Assembly (NCBI GenBank): GCA_028534125.1
Contig: CM052817.1
Span: 77,254,001-77,318,000 of the forward strand
DNA length: 64,000 nucleotides
Direction: 5' to 3'
Source of the DNA: Lama glama
Lineage: Eukaryota
The translations under genes and the position numbers were made by a program. Shown here piece after piece: positions 25,011 through 37,489 of this stretch (within the stretch, counting starts at the first letter, position 1; the number at the start of each line of letters is the position of its first letter). Below the pieces are notes generated by a model. It was not told the DNA's origin and ran no database searches. It worked only from the letters and a program-made list of their open reading frames with translations.

Positions 25011-28000
25011 TGGTTGTATCTGGGTTTATTACTGTGTTAGATTATGACTACCTTGAGGATAGGGAAGTATGTGACATATGAATTCTTTATCCCTGGTGGT
25101 GATTTAAAAATGAATATTTTCTGAGTTGGATTAAGAGTTAAAATGAGTGCTATATTCAATAAGCATTTCATTATTACAAAGAATATTAAAATATATCTAT
25201 TATGTCATGTTAACTAAGTGAGAATACTATCACCCCTTTGCAGATGTTCAGAAGGATATAATAAAAGGATATAATAATACTGTATAGTTTGTTAGATTAT
25301 TATAGTAAATCTGAGAAATCAGGAAATCATAAGTAAGGAAATTGACATCAAAAAGTTTGTGACTTGTCCAAATTCACAAAGCTTTCAGTAGCGGTAGGAG
25401 AGTAATGAGAACACGGGTCTTCTGACTACTAGTTTGGGTCCTTGCTATGATATTAAATTATGACTGTGTAACTGACATTTCAGTTTACGAGAACACTTAA
25501 CTCCCCAAGTATGTAGGGCCACTGGGTTATTCTTGTTTTTAATATTTATTGAACACTTACAAAATGGTAGGCTCCTTTGTGAAAAATTTTATTCATCTGT
25601 GCCATACTCTGAGAAGCTTGACTCCCCCTAGAAGAAAAGAAAAGCAATCTTATATTGAGATGAATTGCTATCACTTCTTTTCTCTATAATCCAAATTGCA
25701 TGAAGAATCCAGCTCTGCTGCATAGATCAAAATTAGCTGGGAATGAGTGAGGCACAGCAAATTATGTGAGCAATTCGGTGGCATCCTAGGTTCTCAGAAG
25801 CCAGGTTGACACCCAGTCCATTTCTACCCCGCTGTATGCAGTGAATCTCTTTCCATTCCCTTGGCTAATTGAATCAAGAGGTCTTTGGTTGGGATTGCCT
25901 ACAAATGCCTCAGATTTTTATGGAATGCCTACTGTAGGGCCAACCTTACACATAATTTAAAAATCGGAAAATATTTGTTTATTTCCTGGGTGAAAACTCC
26001 TTCCTTCATTAGTCATTAATTTGAATTTGACAAATTACTTGTTTTTTTTTCCTTCTGAATTGAACACTTCTCACTCTTTAAAATGCCAACATATTTTTAA
26101 GCTGTTCTGTTTCTATTACCACTTTGGAAGGTGTGAATCTAGCATGGTGACACATAAGCAGTGTGCCAGCTGCTATAAACTGTTTGATTTCGTGGCTGTC
26201 CACAACTTTGTAATCTCTATCCTCAGCAGGTGTCTTTTTTTCTGACCAACATGGTATAGTTTCCAAGCAGACTTCAGATAATATGCTTTCATCGATTTAT
26301 AAGAGTTTTCACTTCACAGAGCCCATGATGTTCAAAAATAGACGAAAGCGTTTTCGTTGCCCTACCTGTATTCCCAGATAGAGGAAGCGCTGACCCCACA
26401 AGGAATAAGGCAGCACTTACTGTGGAATTCAAAAGAAGATTCTCGTTTAGGAAAAGAAGTGCTCTGAAAAGCCTCCTGTTTCTGCCTTCAGAAATACAGC
26501 AGAGTTCTGAGCTTGAATCTGACTGGTTATTGTTGATAAAATAAGATATTTTATCTTAAGAATGCAAGCATCTTGAAGTAATTCGTCTTCTGCTAGTTAT
26601 AAAATTTAAACTTTAGCCAACAAATAGCTAGATTTCATGCACCAGCAGTATTCAACTACTTTATCCTGGCTAAATAAGACAACCTTCATGGAAACTGGGC
26701 CCAGATCCTATTTAGGGTTAGTGCTTGCCATAAAATGGTGTTTTCTGTGTCAACATGAAGTTGAAATGTAAGAACCCCTGTGTAAGAATTTGCTTTCTGC
26801 AGTTTAAAACCTGAAATGATAAATAACCACTGTTAATGAGAATGAGAGGCGCTTGGTAGTTCATTGGCATCATCATTGGAACAGGTACCCATCTTTCTGG
26901 AGTGTCCCTTACAGATTTTTTAAAGACCCTATTGTGTGGTCTCTGCAACATTTCTCACATCTCTGTACTTGGCTGTAGGAGTCTTGTCCGTGAGGAGTGA
27001 TGTATAATATGCTCCATCCTGAAAATCTGCAACTTTATTTTTAAACCAGCACTTGCTAAAATTCATTTTTCTAAAAGGAACACTGAGTAAAAGGGCATAA
27101 AAATAATTTTCAAAGGAAGGAGACAAGTGAAAACATTGAAAAAGAAAGTAAGTTTTGGATTTTTTGGCATTCTTTGAATCCAAACTCAAAGGAAAGCTTA
27201 TCTTCCTTTACCAATATGCTGGCAAAACAATGTTTATTATAGGTTTCTGGAGTTGGAATATATCAAGCTCAATAAAAGAGGAACAGGTAGAACCTTTAAG
27301 CAAGGCAGTGCATCCTGGACTTTTAATTACGATGCCTCACATAGGAAATGAAAATAGTTCTATTGCATTTGGGGTGAACAGATAAGGCTGCTCCTGGCCA
27401 GGGGCTACTGATCTGAGGTCTTGATCTGTCTGGGGCCCTGCCCAGCTTCCCTGAGGACTGAAGGAAAAAATCAGTATCTCAACACAATAATGGGCCACAA
27501 ACCAGCAGCTGGGAGACAGGGGTGATGCTAATAGTTGGCTGTGGTTTTCACTTTTCCATTTGGATATAGGCACAGATAAGTAAAGAATGGTAAAATTTGA
27601 ACCCCTTTGAGGATGATCTGCTGATGAGAACTAAAAACCAAATTCTATAGGATCAAAATATGAAAGATTGGAAAACAGCATGCGAAATAGTTTATGGTTC
27701 TTATAGTTCTAAGTGTTGAGAAGTTATCAAAACTTTAAGCAAATTGAAAAATTATTTAAGCATTTAATATCACCAAGTCACAAGGCTCTGCAACATGCCC
27801 AAATTGATTGTAACTTTTTTTCATTGACAGTAGCCCTGCAAGGAGGAAGGATTAAGTTTATGCAAGTAGGATGAAAAGTTTTCTGTAAAACTGCTTTAGA
27901 TCTGTTTGAAATCCTTAGTAAATTTTTAGTTGAAGTGTTGGTTAACATGGTTTGTTCTGAAAGAGATACTGATGGTTACAGAAGCCAGATTTTGACATAA

Positions 28001-28149
28001 ATTGAGTTTATATGACTCAGAGATTAGTATTAAAAAATCTCTTGATTGCCAAGTGGACCCCTGGATACAAAGTACAGCTGGTGTCTTTTTCACTTTCTTT
28101 CTGAGAATGGATGACTTTACACATACTTGGATAAAAAACAAAGTTAGGA

Positions 28150-28650
28150 GTCATTTGTTTGCCTGTGTAGAAAACACACTCAAACTGCTTAAGCCAAAAA
28201 GAAACTATTGGCTCACGTAACTGTGAAGTCCACTGGGAGAAGCAGCTTTAGGCATGGCTGGATCGGCTGGTGTCCACGACTCCACCAAATCCAGGTCTTT
28301 CTCTCTTCAGTTCTTTGCTTGGTTTGTTAACTTCTTTCTAGGCAATGTCTCCCCTTGTGGTCCTAAGATGACTCCGAGTTATTGCAGAGGCTACATGCTT
28401 CCCTATCTATAGCTGATGGGAATAAAGCATATTTGTCCTAAGAATTCCCAAGAAATCATACTGGATTAAGGCACATGCTCACCCCGACCCAGTCACTGGG
28501 CAGAGAAATGGAATGCACGGTTACTTAGTGTAGCTTCAGATCCCTTCCTCGCAATCCCCAGTGTGATGCCAGTGAACTACCCAAACCACCAAAGAGAAAT
28601 TTGTGACTGTTGGAATGGTGACAATGGAGGCTGAAGACATAACCAACTGC
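28150..28650 (-). mobile_element. MaLR LTR (MLT1J/K-like)
   Basis: actcaaactgcttaagccaaaaag..attggctcacgtaactg.gaagtcca...tttaggcatggctggatc...cacatgctcacccc..ccagtcactg. Confidence 0.75.
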
Positions 28651-28779
28651 ATGGTAAATCTTAGAAATAGCAGACTTTAGAATCTATAGCCGGACTTTCT
28701 GAACTAGCTAAACAAACTGGTGAACTCTACGAAACAGTCTTTTAGTTTCTGCAGGCACCACTTGTGACAGTGAGCCACC

Positions 28780-29010
28780 ATAGCCTGTGGGACTTTTTAA
28801 CAGTTCTGTTGGGAAAGGCCTTCTTTATATTGAGCATAAATTTCCTTCCTCTTGTCCTTCATCCATTGAAACTTGTTTTACCTTTGTGGCCACAAAGAGA
28901 GAATTAAACTCTTCTACATTACAGGCCTCCTAATATATATTAAAATAGTTCTTACGCTCATCCTTTGTCTCTCTTTTCCAGGCTCAACATCTCCCATTCT
29001 CTTATCTGTT
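28780..29010 (-). mobile_element. L3/CR1 relic
   Basis: ttctttatattgagc..aaat...ttcatccattg...tctcttttccaggctcaacatctcc. Confidence 0.6.
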
Positions 29011-29499
29011 ATTGATGTTGAAAGGTTTAAAACACCCTCACTCTTTCGGCTTCTCTTCTTTGTATGAATTCTGGCTAATCAATTCCACACTTAGACACAC
29101 AGTTCCATATACTGACAATAGTGACTCCCAATGTGGCCATTGGAAAGTGGTTTATTGTCATATGTAGAAAGATATTGAGGAAAGAAGACTAAATCTTGTA
29201 GAGAATAACTTTAATAGTCTGTAGAATCAGTCTCGGGATGGCCCTACAGCTGTTCCTTGGGGGTAGACAGCTTTCTTTCGCTTCTTTGTCTATCTCTCCC
29301 ACCTAGAAACACTGAGGAAATTTAGTTACACTTTCAACCTAATACCATTAACTAGTAACTGTTAAGTCTGTGGTCTCCGTTTCTTCTCCCTTTCATGAAA
29401 ATGTGCACTGGTATCAACTCTGAAAAGGGCTGGTCCCCATCAGACACAGGAAAAGCAGGAAGAAGTTGAGGACTGATTTAAGGAAAGTCTCTGATACCT

Positions 29500-30110
29500 A
29501 TCTGGAACTCCTTCCTCTTCTGCCAGCCCTCCACCAGATCTTGTAAATCTACTTCTACTTACACCTCCAGCATATGCTTTTTCTTCCAACTTCACTGCCA
29601 CCACTAGTCCAAGCATCATCATCATCTACTTATGGCTCCTGCAGTGATCTCCAAAATGCTCTCTTCCCATCCTCTGGTCAATTTTCCAAGGAGCAACCAG
29701 AGGACTTTCTACTGCAAATAGGATCATGCCTGTCTTTACTCAAAACTCTTTGATCGATTTTCACTGCACTCAGGATGGATACAAAATGCCTCACATGGTT
29801 TGCAAGGCCTGCACATGTCCAACCCCATCTCCCCCCAATCTCTGGGTTACTCAGTACATTTCAAGTATGTTCACTTTCATTCAGTTTTGTCAGTGGAATA
29901 GCTCTTCTCTTCCTCGGGGCCTTTCTCTATGCTCCCTGTGCTACTTGGAGCTCTCACCATCTCTTTGCCTGGCTAACTCCTATGAACTATTCCCTCTCAG
30001 CCCACGGATCATTTACCCTCCATTCTTCCCTGATAGCCTGATTTTTGGACCCCATTTTATATTCTCTAAAAGCCTTCTCTTCTTTTCTTTCAGAGCACCT
30101 ATATGTGTAT
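29500..30110 (+). mobile_element. L2 relic
   Basis: cttcactgccaccactagtccaagcatcatcatc...ggatcatgcc...ttgcctggctaactcctat. Confidence 0.7.
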
Positions 30111-30112
30111 AA

Positions 30113-30463
30113 TGCTTTACCCTTATTCACGGCTTTGCTTTCCTCAGTTTCCATTACCTGTAGTCAACCTCAGTCTGAGAATATTAAATTGAAAGTTCCA
30201 GAAATAAACTGTAAGTTTTAAATTGCACGCCATTCTGAGTAGTGGGATGAAGTCTCCCGCCCTCCAGCTCAGGCTTCCCGCCTCCCATCTCCATTCCTGA
30301 CCATTGACATCCTCTACTCCTGACATCCAGCCATCAACATCGTCATGGCTCCATGATCCAGGATCACCTGAAGCAGATGTTCCTCCTTCTGAGGTACCAT
30401 CAGAAGGTCAGCAGTAGCCTGACACTGTGTCACAATGCTTGCCTCATTTGCCTCACTTCATCT
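30113..30463. mobile_element. Tigger7/MER44-type DNA transposon fragment
   Basis: cccttattcacgg.tttgcttt..cagttt...gaaagttccagaaataaac..taagttttaaattgcacgccattctgagtag...gatccaggatcacc.gaagcagatg.tcctccttctga. Confidence 0.85.
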
Positions 30464-30688
30464 GTTTCTTGAATAATTCTAAAAAGTCTCTAGAAAAGTT
30501 ACTGTTATAAAAGTTAGAACAGCACTTAAAAAATGTGTTTTTTCACCGATAGCCTCACTATGATTCTCCCTCTTTTAGGAGTGTCTTTTTTTAATTGTCA
30601 GATTTTCAGTGTAGCCATGGTAATACATAATTTAATCTCTGCTTCAGAAGTTGCCTTAAAATATATTGAGTTTTTAAAATCTGTACTG

Positions 30689-30732
30689 AATATATATATA
30701 TATACACACACACACATACACATATATATATA
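30689..30732. repeat. (TA)n(CA)n compound microsatellite
   Basis: atatatatatatatacacacacacacatacacatatatatata. Confidence 0.9.
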
Positions 30733-30774
30733 CTTATTTTCAGATGCTTTGAAAACTAATCCACCATTACTTTT

Positions 30775-30865
30775 GGGGGGAGGAGGAAGGGGCAAGGAAT
30801 AATGACATCATTCAGAAAGCCAGTAGACCAAGAAGATGTCAGACTAATGTCCTGGAGAACCATCT
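30775..30865 (-). mobile_element. Short retroposed ERV-LTR-like fragment with 15-bp TSD
   Basis: Perfect direct repeat tccaccattactttt at 30760-30774 and 30866-30880 flanking a 91-bp insert. Confidence 0.75.
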
Positions 30866-32244
30866 TCCACCATTACTTTTTATTTTTTCCGTTGCTATTG
30901 CTGAGTTGAACATATTTTAAACACACAACACACTGGCTGGGCATCTCGACAAACACATTTTGTTTTTATAAACTTCAATTTTTGAAGGATAACGATAACT
31001 TTGCCTTTTTTCTCCCTCTCCTCATAATAGGATTTCCACAGGGGAGCTTTTTTATACCTTCAGCAGAGTCTCTGCAGTGGAAATACTGCTCTGTGTAAAA
31101 AGATTATGACAGTGTATAGATTTTCACTGTCAAACACCTTCCTTTGGGTAAATATTTATGTGAAACGGGGCACAGAATTTAAAATAGCCCTAAAGAAGCT
31201 GCGCTCTCTCCTTGACGACAACAAAAACAAAAAAGTTTGTGTATTAACTGTTGGCTTAACAGCGTCTGGCATAGAGAAATAAAGACAAAAATATACTTTG
31301 GCTCGGTAATATTTATAGCATTGCCAGTTTAACCATTGTGCCCTATTTAGGAATATTTTTTGAGTGAGCTTTATTTTAGTGTCCAAGAACACAGTCATAA
31401 GTTGATGGCAGGGAAGCTCACGCTGACTGCAAAAGGCAGCAGAATACATGCCTGTGCTGTGCCGTGAAGGAAAGAGAGGGAACTCACATTGTAAAAATCC
31501 TCCTAAATTCTTAACACACTGACATAGAAGACATGGATAACAGTGGGGTAGCTGCTTGGAAATGCTGTGCCATGCTTTAAGTGCTTTTGTAACAAACACT
31601 GTCTTTATGAGTTTATAAATGAGAAAGGCGAGAGATTCCATTTTATCATTCTGAGTAATGCATTTCCACATATGGCAGCAGCTTGTTTACACGGCACGCC
31701 TTCCATCAGAGAAAGAGCTACTCCAGAGAGTGCGCATATCCCAGATATCTGGAAGCTCAGCTAAAAGGGGTCATCACTTTACACTTTGAATCTTTCTAAC
31801 GTTTATATAATCTTTGCTTTCAAAACTAAAAATAATTGCCATTGTACAACAAATCTATTAAAAATCTACACATCCTGTCTTGACTTACTTAATGGAGTTT
31901 TGCCTGTCATAATTTAGCCTCCTTGGAGACTCCACGTTCTCACCTGATCATCACTTTCTGAATCATGTTGTGTTAAAATTGTGAACGTGTTGTTATTTAT
32001 ACTAAAGGATGCTAGGTTGCCATGTACGAAGCATGTTTAGCTTCTTCTCTTTCACTTTTTAGCTTTCAGTGCCCTGTCAGCATTTGTGTTTCTCATTCCA
32101 TCTCCCCTCCCTTCTTAATTTTCTGTTTCTAATCACCTGTGGGTTAGAAACCGTTATTAGAATTATTTCCAAAATAAGAGTTAATTTGCTTTAAGTGATT
32201 ACCTGAAAAATTATCCTGATTCAAGCATGAGAACTTACATTTTT

Positions 32245-32555
32245 TCACTTATTCAGCAAATATAAGTTGCATGCCTACTTTGTGCTTGTTACTGGACTGG
32301 GGACACAATGGTGGGAAGAATGGTCTCGTCGTCAAGAGAGACGTGTGTATGATGAGATCAGTGTTGTAACTGAGGAGGGAACCCCACTCCCAGCTTGGGG
32401 TAGTCAGGGAAGGCACCACAAAAGAGGCAATGTTTGAAGCTGAGTCCTCAACAGGAAATCTTGACAGAGTTTTTTCAGATGAAGAAGGTAGTGATGATGG
32501 GGTAAGGCTAGGAGGAGATGAAGGAGGGAGAGAATTCCAGGCAAAGGTTTTCCTC
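32245..32555 (-). mobile_element. L2 3' end relic
   Basis: ttcacttattcagcaaatat...tgcctactttgtgc...agtcagggaaggc...gaattccaggcaaagg. Confidence 0.7.
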
Positions 32556-32634
32556 ATGCCTCTCCTGTCACTCCACCTCAGTCTCCTTTGAGACTCCTCT
32601 TCTTCCTATTGATTAATGCTGATGTTCCTCTGGC

Positions 32635-33103
32635 TTTTTTTAAAAATTGAAGTATAGTCAGTTTACAATGCTGTGTCAGTTTCTGGTGTACAGCATACTG
32701 TTTCAGTCATACATATACATACATACATTCCTTTTCATACTCTTTTTCATTAAAAGTTACTACAAGACATTGAATATAGTTCCCTGTGATATACAATATA
32801 AATTTGTTGTTGATCTATTTTATATATAGTAGTTAGTATTTGCAAATCTCAAACTCCCAATTTATCCCTTCCCAACCTCTTCCCCCACTGGTAACTGTAA
32901 GTTTGTTTTCTGTGTCTGTGAGTCTATTTCTGTTTAGTAAATAAGTTCATTTGCATTTTTTTAAGATTCCACATATGAGTGATATCATATGGTATTCTTC
33001 TTTCTCTTTCTGGTTTACTTCACTTAGAATGACGATCTCCAGGTCCATCCATGTTGCTGCAAGTGGCATTATTTTATTCTTTTTTATGGCTGAGTAGTAT
33101 TCC
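32635..33103 (-). mobile_element. L1 3'UTR (same family as 2373-4077)
   Basis: Reverse complement of ~3600-4077; includes [21 protein letters not shown]-tail at 32635. Confidence 0.95.
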
Positions 33104-34595
33104 TGAACTCTTGTCATCATCAGTCTCACTCTTCCAGACTCACTCATGGCTGCCATTACCATTTCTTATAGAAGACTTTTAAATCATTTGGACATGGTTT
33201 TTAAATGTTCTATCTCTAGAGCATCTCTCTTCTCTACTCCAGACCATCATATTCAACTGAATACTAGATGTATCTATCTTAATGTTTGACAGACATCTCA
33301 AGTTCAACTTTCCCCCCAGATCTGCTTCTCCTTCTGGGTTCTTTATGTTAGGGAGGGGCACTGCTAAACACATCAAACTGGTTTCTTAAGTCAGAAATCT
33401 TGGCTTCCTCCTTGCTCCTTCCTTTCAATTCACCAGTTGGGCTCAATTCTTTCTGTTGAACATCTTTTTAATTTAATTTATCAACTTCTGTTCATTCAGG
33501 ACACTATCAATCTTTTCCTCTGTTGCTTCTAAAACCTACTGACTGGTCTCTACCCCCACAAAGCAGCCAGAATGATCTTCTAATAAAATAGAGTAAATCC
33601 TATTGCTGACCTGGCTTAAATACTTAAGGTTTCCAGTTGCCTTCAGGATGAACACTCTGAATGAATCTGCACTTCCAGTCTCCTATCCTACTCCAACTTG
33701 GTCATACCTGGCCATTTATATATTCTTTCTCCCTGCATGAAGTGTATCCCCTGTGTATTACCTTGCTAACTCTGTCTTAAATCAGGGAAGCTTTTCTGAT
33801 CCCCTTGACTGGAGTAGGGTATCCTTTCTGTGTGCCATCTCAATGATCTACCTGTGGGATCTAAAATTTAAAGGTGACTGAGTGACAACATGGAGAAGTT
33901 AATGCCACTGAAAGAAGATTTTTATTACTTACATTTCCATAGAGGAAGAGGGCATGCCAGGCCATGCAGGGCCACATGGAGAAGCACCAGTGTTGGTCAG
34001 GATGTAGAGAAGAGTGAAGGGAAGGCATAGACCACAGTCTTTATTGTGTTTTCCATGAGAAAGGCAAAACAGGGCAGGAAAACAGTTTAGAGTTGGCTAG
34101 TTTGACTAATTCCAGCAGGCTCTGGGGCATAGGGATGGTCCTAGTTGTCTGGTACCTGGACCTGCATTGATTTAGGCAGGGGAAATCCTGGCTTCGTGAG
34201 TAAGAGTTAGATAAAGAAGATGGTTGTGGATATGGACTCAGGATTGGCTGCTTTGCATATGAAAGGAGTGCTCTCAGGCATGTTTATCATTTTAGGAATT
34301 AACTAGCCCTGGGAGGGGCAGTCTCTCTCTAGCCAGAAATGCCCCCTCCAAGATGTCAAAACCTCATAAAATATAGACAATAAAAACAAGCTTAATACAC
34401 TACCCTATCACCTGTTGTGGTATGGTACATATCTCACTGTGTTGCATACATCTCCCAAACTTGCTAAACTGTAGGCTTCTTGTGAGCAAGGCTCTTGTCT
34501 ATCTTGTTCATTACTGTAGCCCCATTGCCCAGGGGAATGTCTCTCACTTGGTAGACGCTTAGTAAATACTAGTGGAATGAAGAAAAAAAATGAAT
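33104..34595 (+). mobile_element. L2 (interrupted by the LTR at 33853-34399)
   Basis: ctccagaccatcatattcaactg...gacatctcaagttcaac; cagccagaatgatctt; 3' end at ~34460-34595. Confidence 0.75.
33853..34399. mobile_element. Solo ERVL-type LTR (MER76-like)
   Basis: TG...CA termini with perfect 5-bp TSD ctacc (33848-33852 / 34400-34404), inserted in an L2. Confidence 0.85.
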
Positions 34596-34825
34596 AGGCA
34601 CCTTTCTACCTGGAATATGTGGTTAGTGTTTCACCTGGAAAGCACAACATTTTTTCCTAAACATAGATTTTGTTTTACCAGTTAATTAAATATATTTTTA
34701 TTTGGTTTGAATTCTGGGGCTTTTTTTTCCTTTCAAACTAAGTTAAGTTTAATCTGGTTCAGCATAAGGTGCATTTTTGAAACTCTACAAAGAAACCAAC
34801 ACATTCCTATGTTCCTTGCACTGGC

Positions 34826-35028
34826 CAGTGGTTCTTTACCAGGGGCAGTTTTGCCCTATGGGGGACATTTGGCAATGTCTGGAGACATTTTTGGTTCTCA
34901 CAACTGGCATCTAGTGGATAGAGGCCAGGGATGCTGCTAAATATCCTACAATGCACAGGACAGCCCCCTGCAATAAACAGTTATCCAACCTAAAATGTCA
35001 ATAGTGCTGACATTGGAAAAACCTTCTG
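34826..35028. mobile_element. MER20 hAT-Charlie element
   Basis: cagtggttct...ggggacatttggcaatgtctggagacatttttggtt.tcacaactgg..gaggccagggatgctgctaaa.atcctacaatgcacaggacagcccc. Confidence 0.92.
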
Positions 35029-35596
35029 TTAGAGGATGATGCATTTGACAAGTTTACCTAAAAAGACCTTACACAAGCAACCATGTCCCCGGACTCCTCC
35101 ATGAAGCAATTACAAGCTAACTAGCAGATATCTTAGAGGTAAAGACATCAGCCCTGAGGGGAAAAGTAATTTTTAAGGGAGGATACATGGCAGGCTGCAA
35201 GAGAGGGTTTCAGTATTTGATCAGACACCGTGAAAGGAAGTTTAAGTGGACTGATACATAGCATGGCAACACTGAGGTTTGGGCTTAAAATTAGAGGCTT
35301 TTTAGCTGAGGGTTAAAAGGTATGACTTTAAGTTAGCATAAGTGATGTGGGGGGAAGGGAACAATCATATAGAGTTTCTAACTCCAAAATTGCTCTCCTT
35401 AAAATTGGAGTTGTCTTCTTAAGTTTAACATGCTGCCATTGATCAAAGTAATGCTGTCATACCTTTTTGGAACTGTTTTTAGAATTTGTGTCAGGTTCTT
35501 TTGAATAGCATCAGAAGTTGCAAACATTGCCTTTTTAGGAATTTGCTTTTGGGGAATAAAAATCAAGTTATTTGGACCTCTATATGGTGAATTAAA

Positions 35597-35801
35597 GAAA
35601 ATCATAATGCCATTTGCAGCAACATGGATGCTCCTAGAGAATGTCATTCTAAGTGAAGTAAGCCAGAAAGAGAAAAAAAAATACCATATGAGATCGCTCA
35701 TATGTGGAATCTAAAAAACAAAAACAAACAAACAAACAAAAACAAAGCATAAATACAGGACAGAAATAGACTCATGGACAGAGAATACAGACTTGTGGTT
35801 A
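35597..35801 (+). mobile_element. L1 ORF2 end/3'UTR running into an assembly gap
   Basis: ataatgccatttgcagcaacatggatg...ctaagtgaagtaagccagaaagagaaa; its 3'UTR differs from that of 2373-4077 (different subfamily). Confidence 0.9.
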
Positions 35802-36301
35802 NNNNNNNNNNNNNNNNNNNNNNNNNNNNNNNNNNNNNNNNNNNNNNNNNNNNNNNNNNNNNNNNNNNNNNNNNNNNNNNNNNNNNNNNNNNNNNNNNNN
35901 NNNNNNNNNNNNNNNNNNNNNNNNNNNNNNNNNNNNNNNNNNNNNNNNNNNNNNNNNNNNNNNNNNNNNNNNNNNNNNNNNNNNNNNNNNNNNNNNNNNN
36001 NNNNNNNNNNNNNNNNNNNNNNNNNNNNNNNNNNNNNNNNNNNNNNNNNNNNNNNNNNNNNNNNNNNNNNNNNNNNNNNNNNNNNNNNNNNNNNNNNNNN
36101 NNNNNNNNNNNNNNNNNNNNNNNNNNNNNNNNNNNNNNNNNNNNNNNNNNNNNNNNNNNNNNNNNNNNNNNNNNNNNNNNNNNNNNNNNNNNNNNNNNNN
36201 NNNNNNNNNNNNNNNNNNNNNNNNNNNNNNNNNNNNNNNNNNNNNNNNNNNNNNNNNNNNNNNNNNNNNNNNNNNNNNNNNNNNNNNNNNNNNNNNNNNN
36301 N
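35802..36301. other. Assembly gap (500 N)
   Basis: Run of exactly 500 N. Confidence 1.
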
Positions 36302-36579
36302 GCAATTCTAAAATAGAGTTTTAGAAATATCTTGGGCTAAGTCAGTGTCATTGGAATAAGTGTATAGCATCTCACGATAACCATTTTCAGAAGAAATGCT
36401 CATATTGAGGTATGAGTGTTAGCAAAATGTTACTTGATAGTCATATTGATTTCAGTGCCACAAATATATGTGGAAATAATGCCAGGTTTGTGTACAACTA
36501 AATTTCTATCAGCATGTGAATGTTTAGAATGGGTTTTATAGTGCTTTTTATATGTAAAAGTTTAATCTTTTCTTTTTCT

Positions 36580-36830
36580 CCCCTAGTTTTATTGAGATAT
36601 AATTGACATATAACATTGTATTCATTTAAGGTATACAATATAATGACTTGATAATATGGGTATATTACAAATGATCGCCACAAAGGTTACAAATTTTTTT
36701 CCTTATGATGAGAACTTTTAAGATCTACTCTTTAAGCAACTTTCAAATATACAATATGGTATTGTTAACTGCAGTTACCATACTGTACATCACATCCCCA
36801 GAACTTTTTAATCTTATTAACTGGAAGTTC
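36580..36830 (-). mobile_element. L1MA-type 3' end
   Basis: tttattgagatataattgacatataacattgta...tgatgagaacttttaagatctactc...acatcacatccccagaactt; similar to the reverse complement of 23405-23675. Confidence 0.88.
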
Positions 36831-36859
36831 GTATTTCAGTACAAATCATCCATTTTCCT

Positions 36860-36968
36860 CACCCTCAATCCCGAGCAGTTTGCTTTGGAACAGTCCTGAT
36901 TTTAAAACTGAAAGTTCCTTCTCTTGGGAAACCCCTTAGTCCTAGGCAAATTGAGATGGTTACCAAAC
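36860..36968. mobile_element. MER94-like hAT-Blackjack MITE
   Basis: cagtttgc..ggaacagtcctgattttaaaactgaaagt..c..ttgggaaacccct.agtcctaggcaaa.tg.gatggtt. Confidence 0.7.
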
Positions 36969-37489
36969 TCCCAGTCTCTTAGCTAACTCCTCTGTTCTTT
37001 TTGGACTATCTACAGTGAAAACAAAACAATGTCCTTCCATAATAAAAAAAAAAAAAAAAGGAAAGGACATATTCATATTGGGAGCAGCATAGCAACTTGA
37101 GTCAAACAGCAGATATGTTAGTTGAAAACAGGCTGAGCTAATCACTAACTTTTATGCTGATTCAAACTGACGTCAGAAGCTCTATTTTATGGTGATGATA
37201 GGCCATGTTGTACCAACCAACAATAATAACAACAACTGCAATAATAAAAAAATAAAATTTTATGTTCTAGCCATCATGCTTATCATATTTGTTTTGGTTC
37301 CTTACGAGAGATATTTTGACAACTGTCTTTGGGCAAGGAAACAACAGGCATATTTAGCTCTTCAGTGGCTTTGTACTGTGCATCTAGCAATTATATCAAT
37401 GCCTGAAAGATGAATTATGGTGGAGTTTGAGAGTTAACATTAAAAATATACATCACTGAGGGGGCACTTAAGGTTATACAGATAGGGAA

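Noticed and set aside
26860..26890. FIGIIIGTG peptide resembling an APC transporter TM1, followed by G|GTACC
   Set aside because: In-frame stop immediately upstream, no good acceptor and no further matching exons
31156..31671. 171-aa minus-strand ORF
   Set aside because: No recognisable domain or coding-like composition; length is plausible by chance in 64 kb
35774..36316. ORFs of 168-180 aa
   Set aside because: Artefacts of the second N gap
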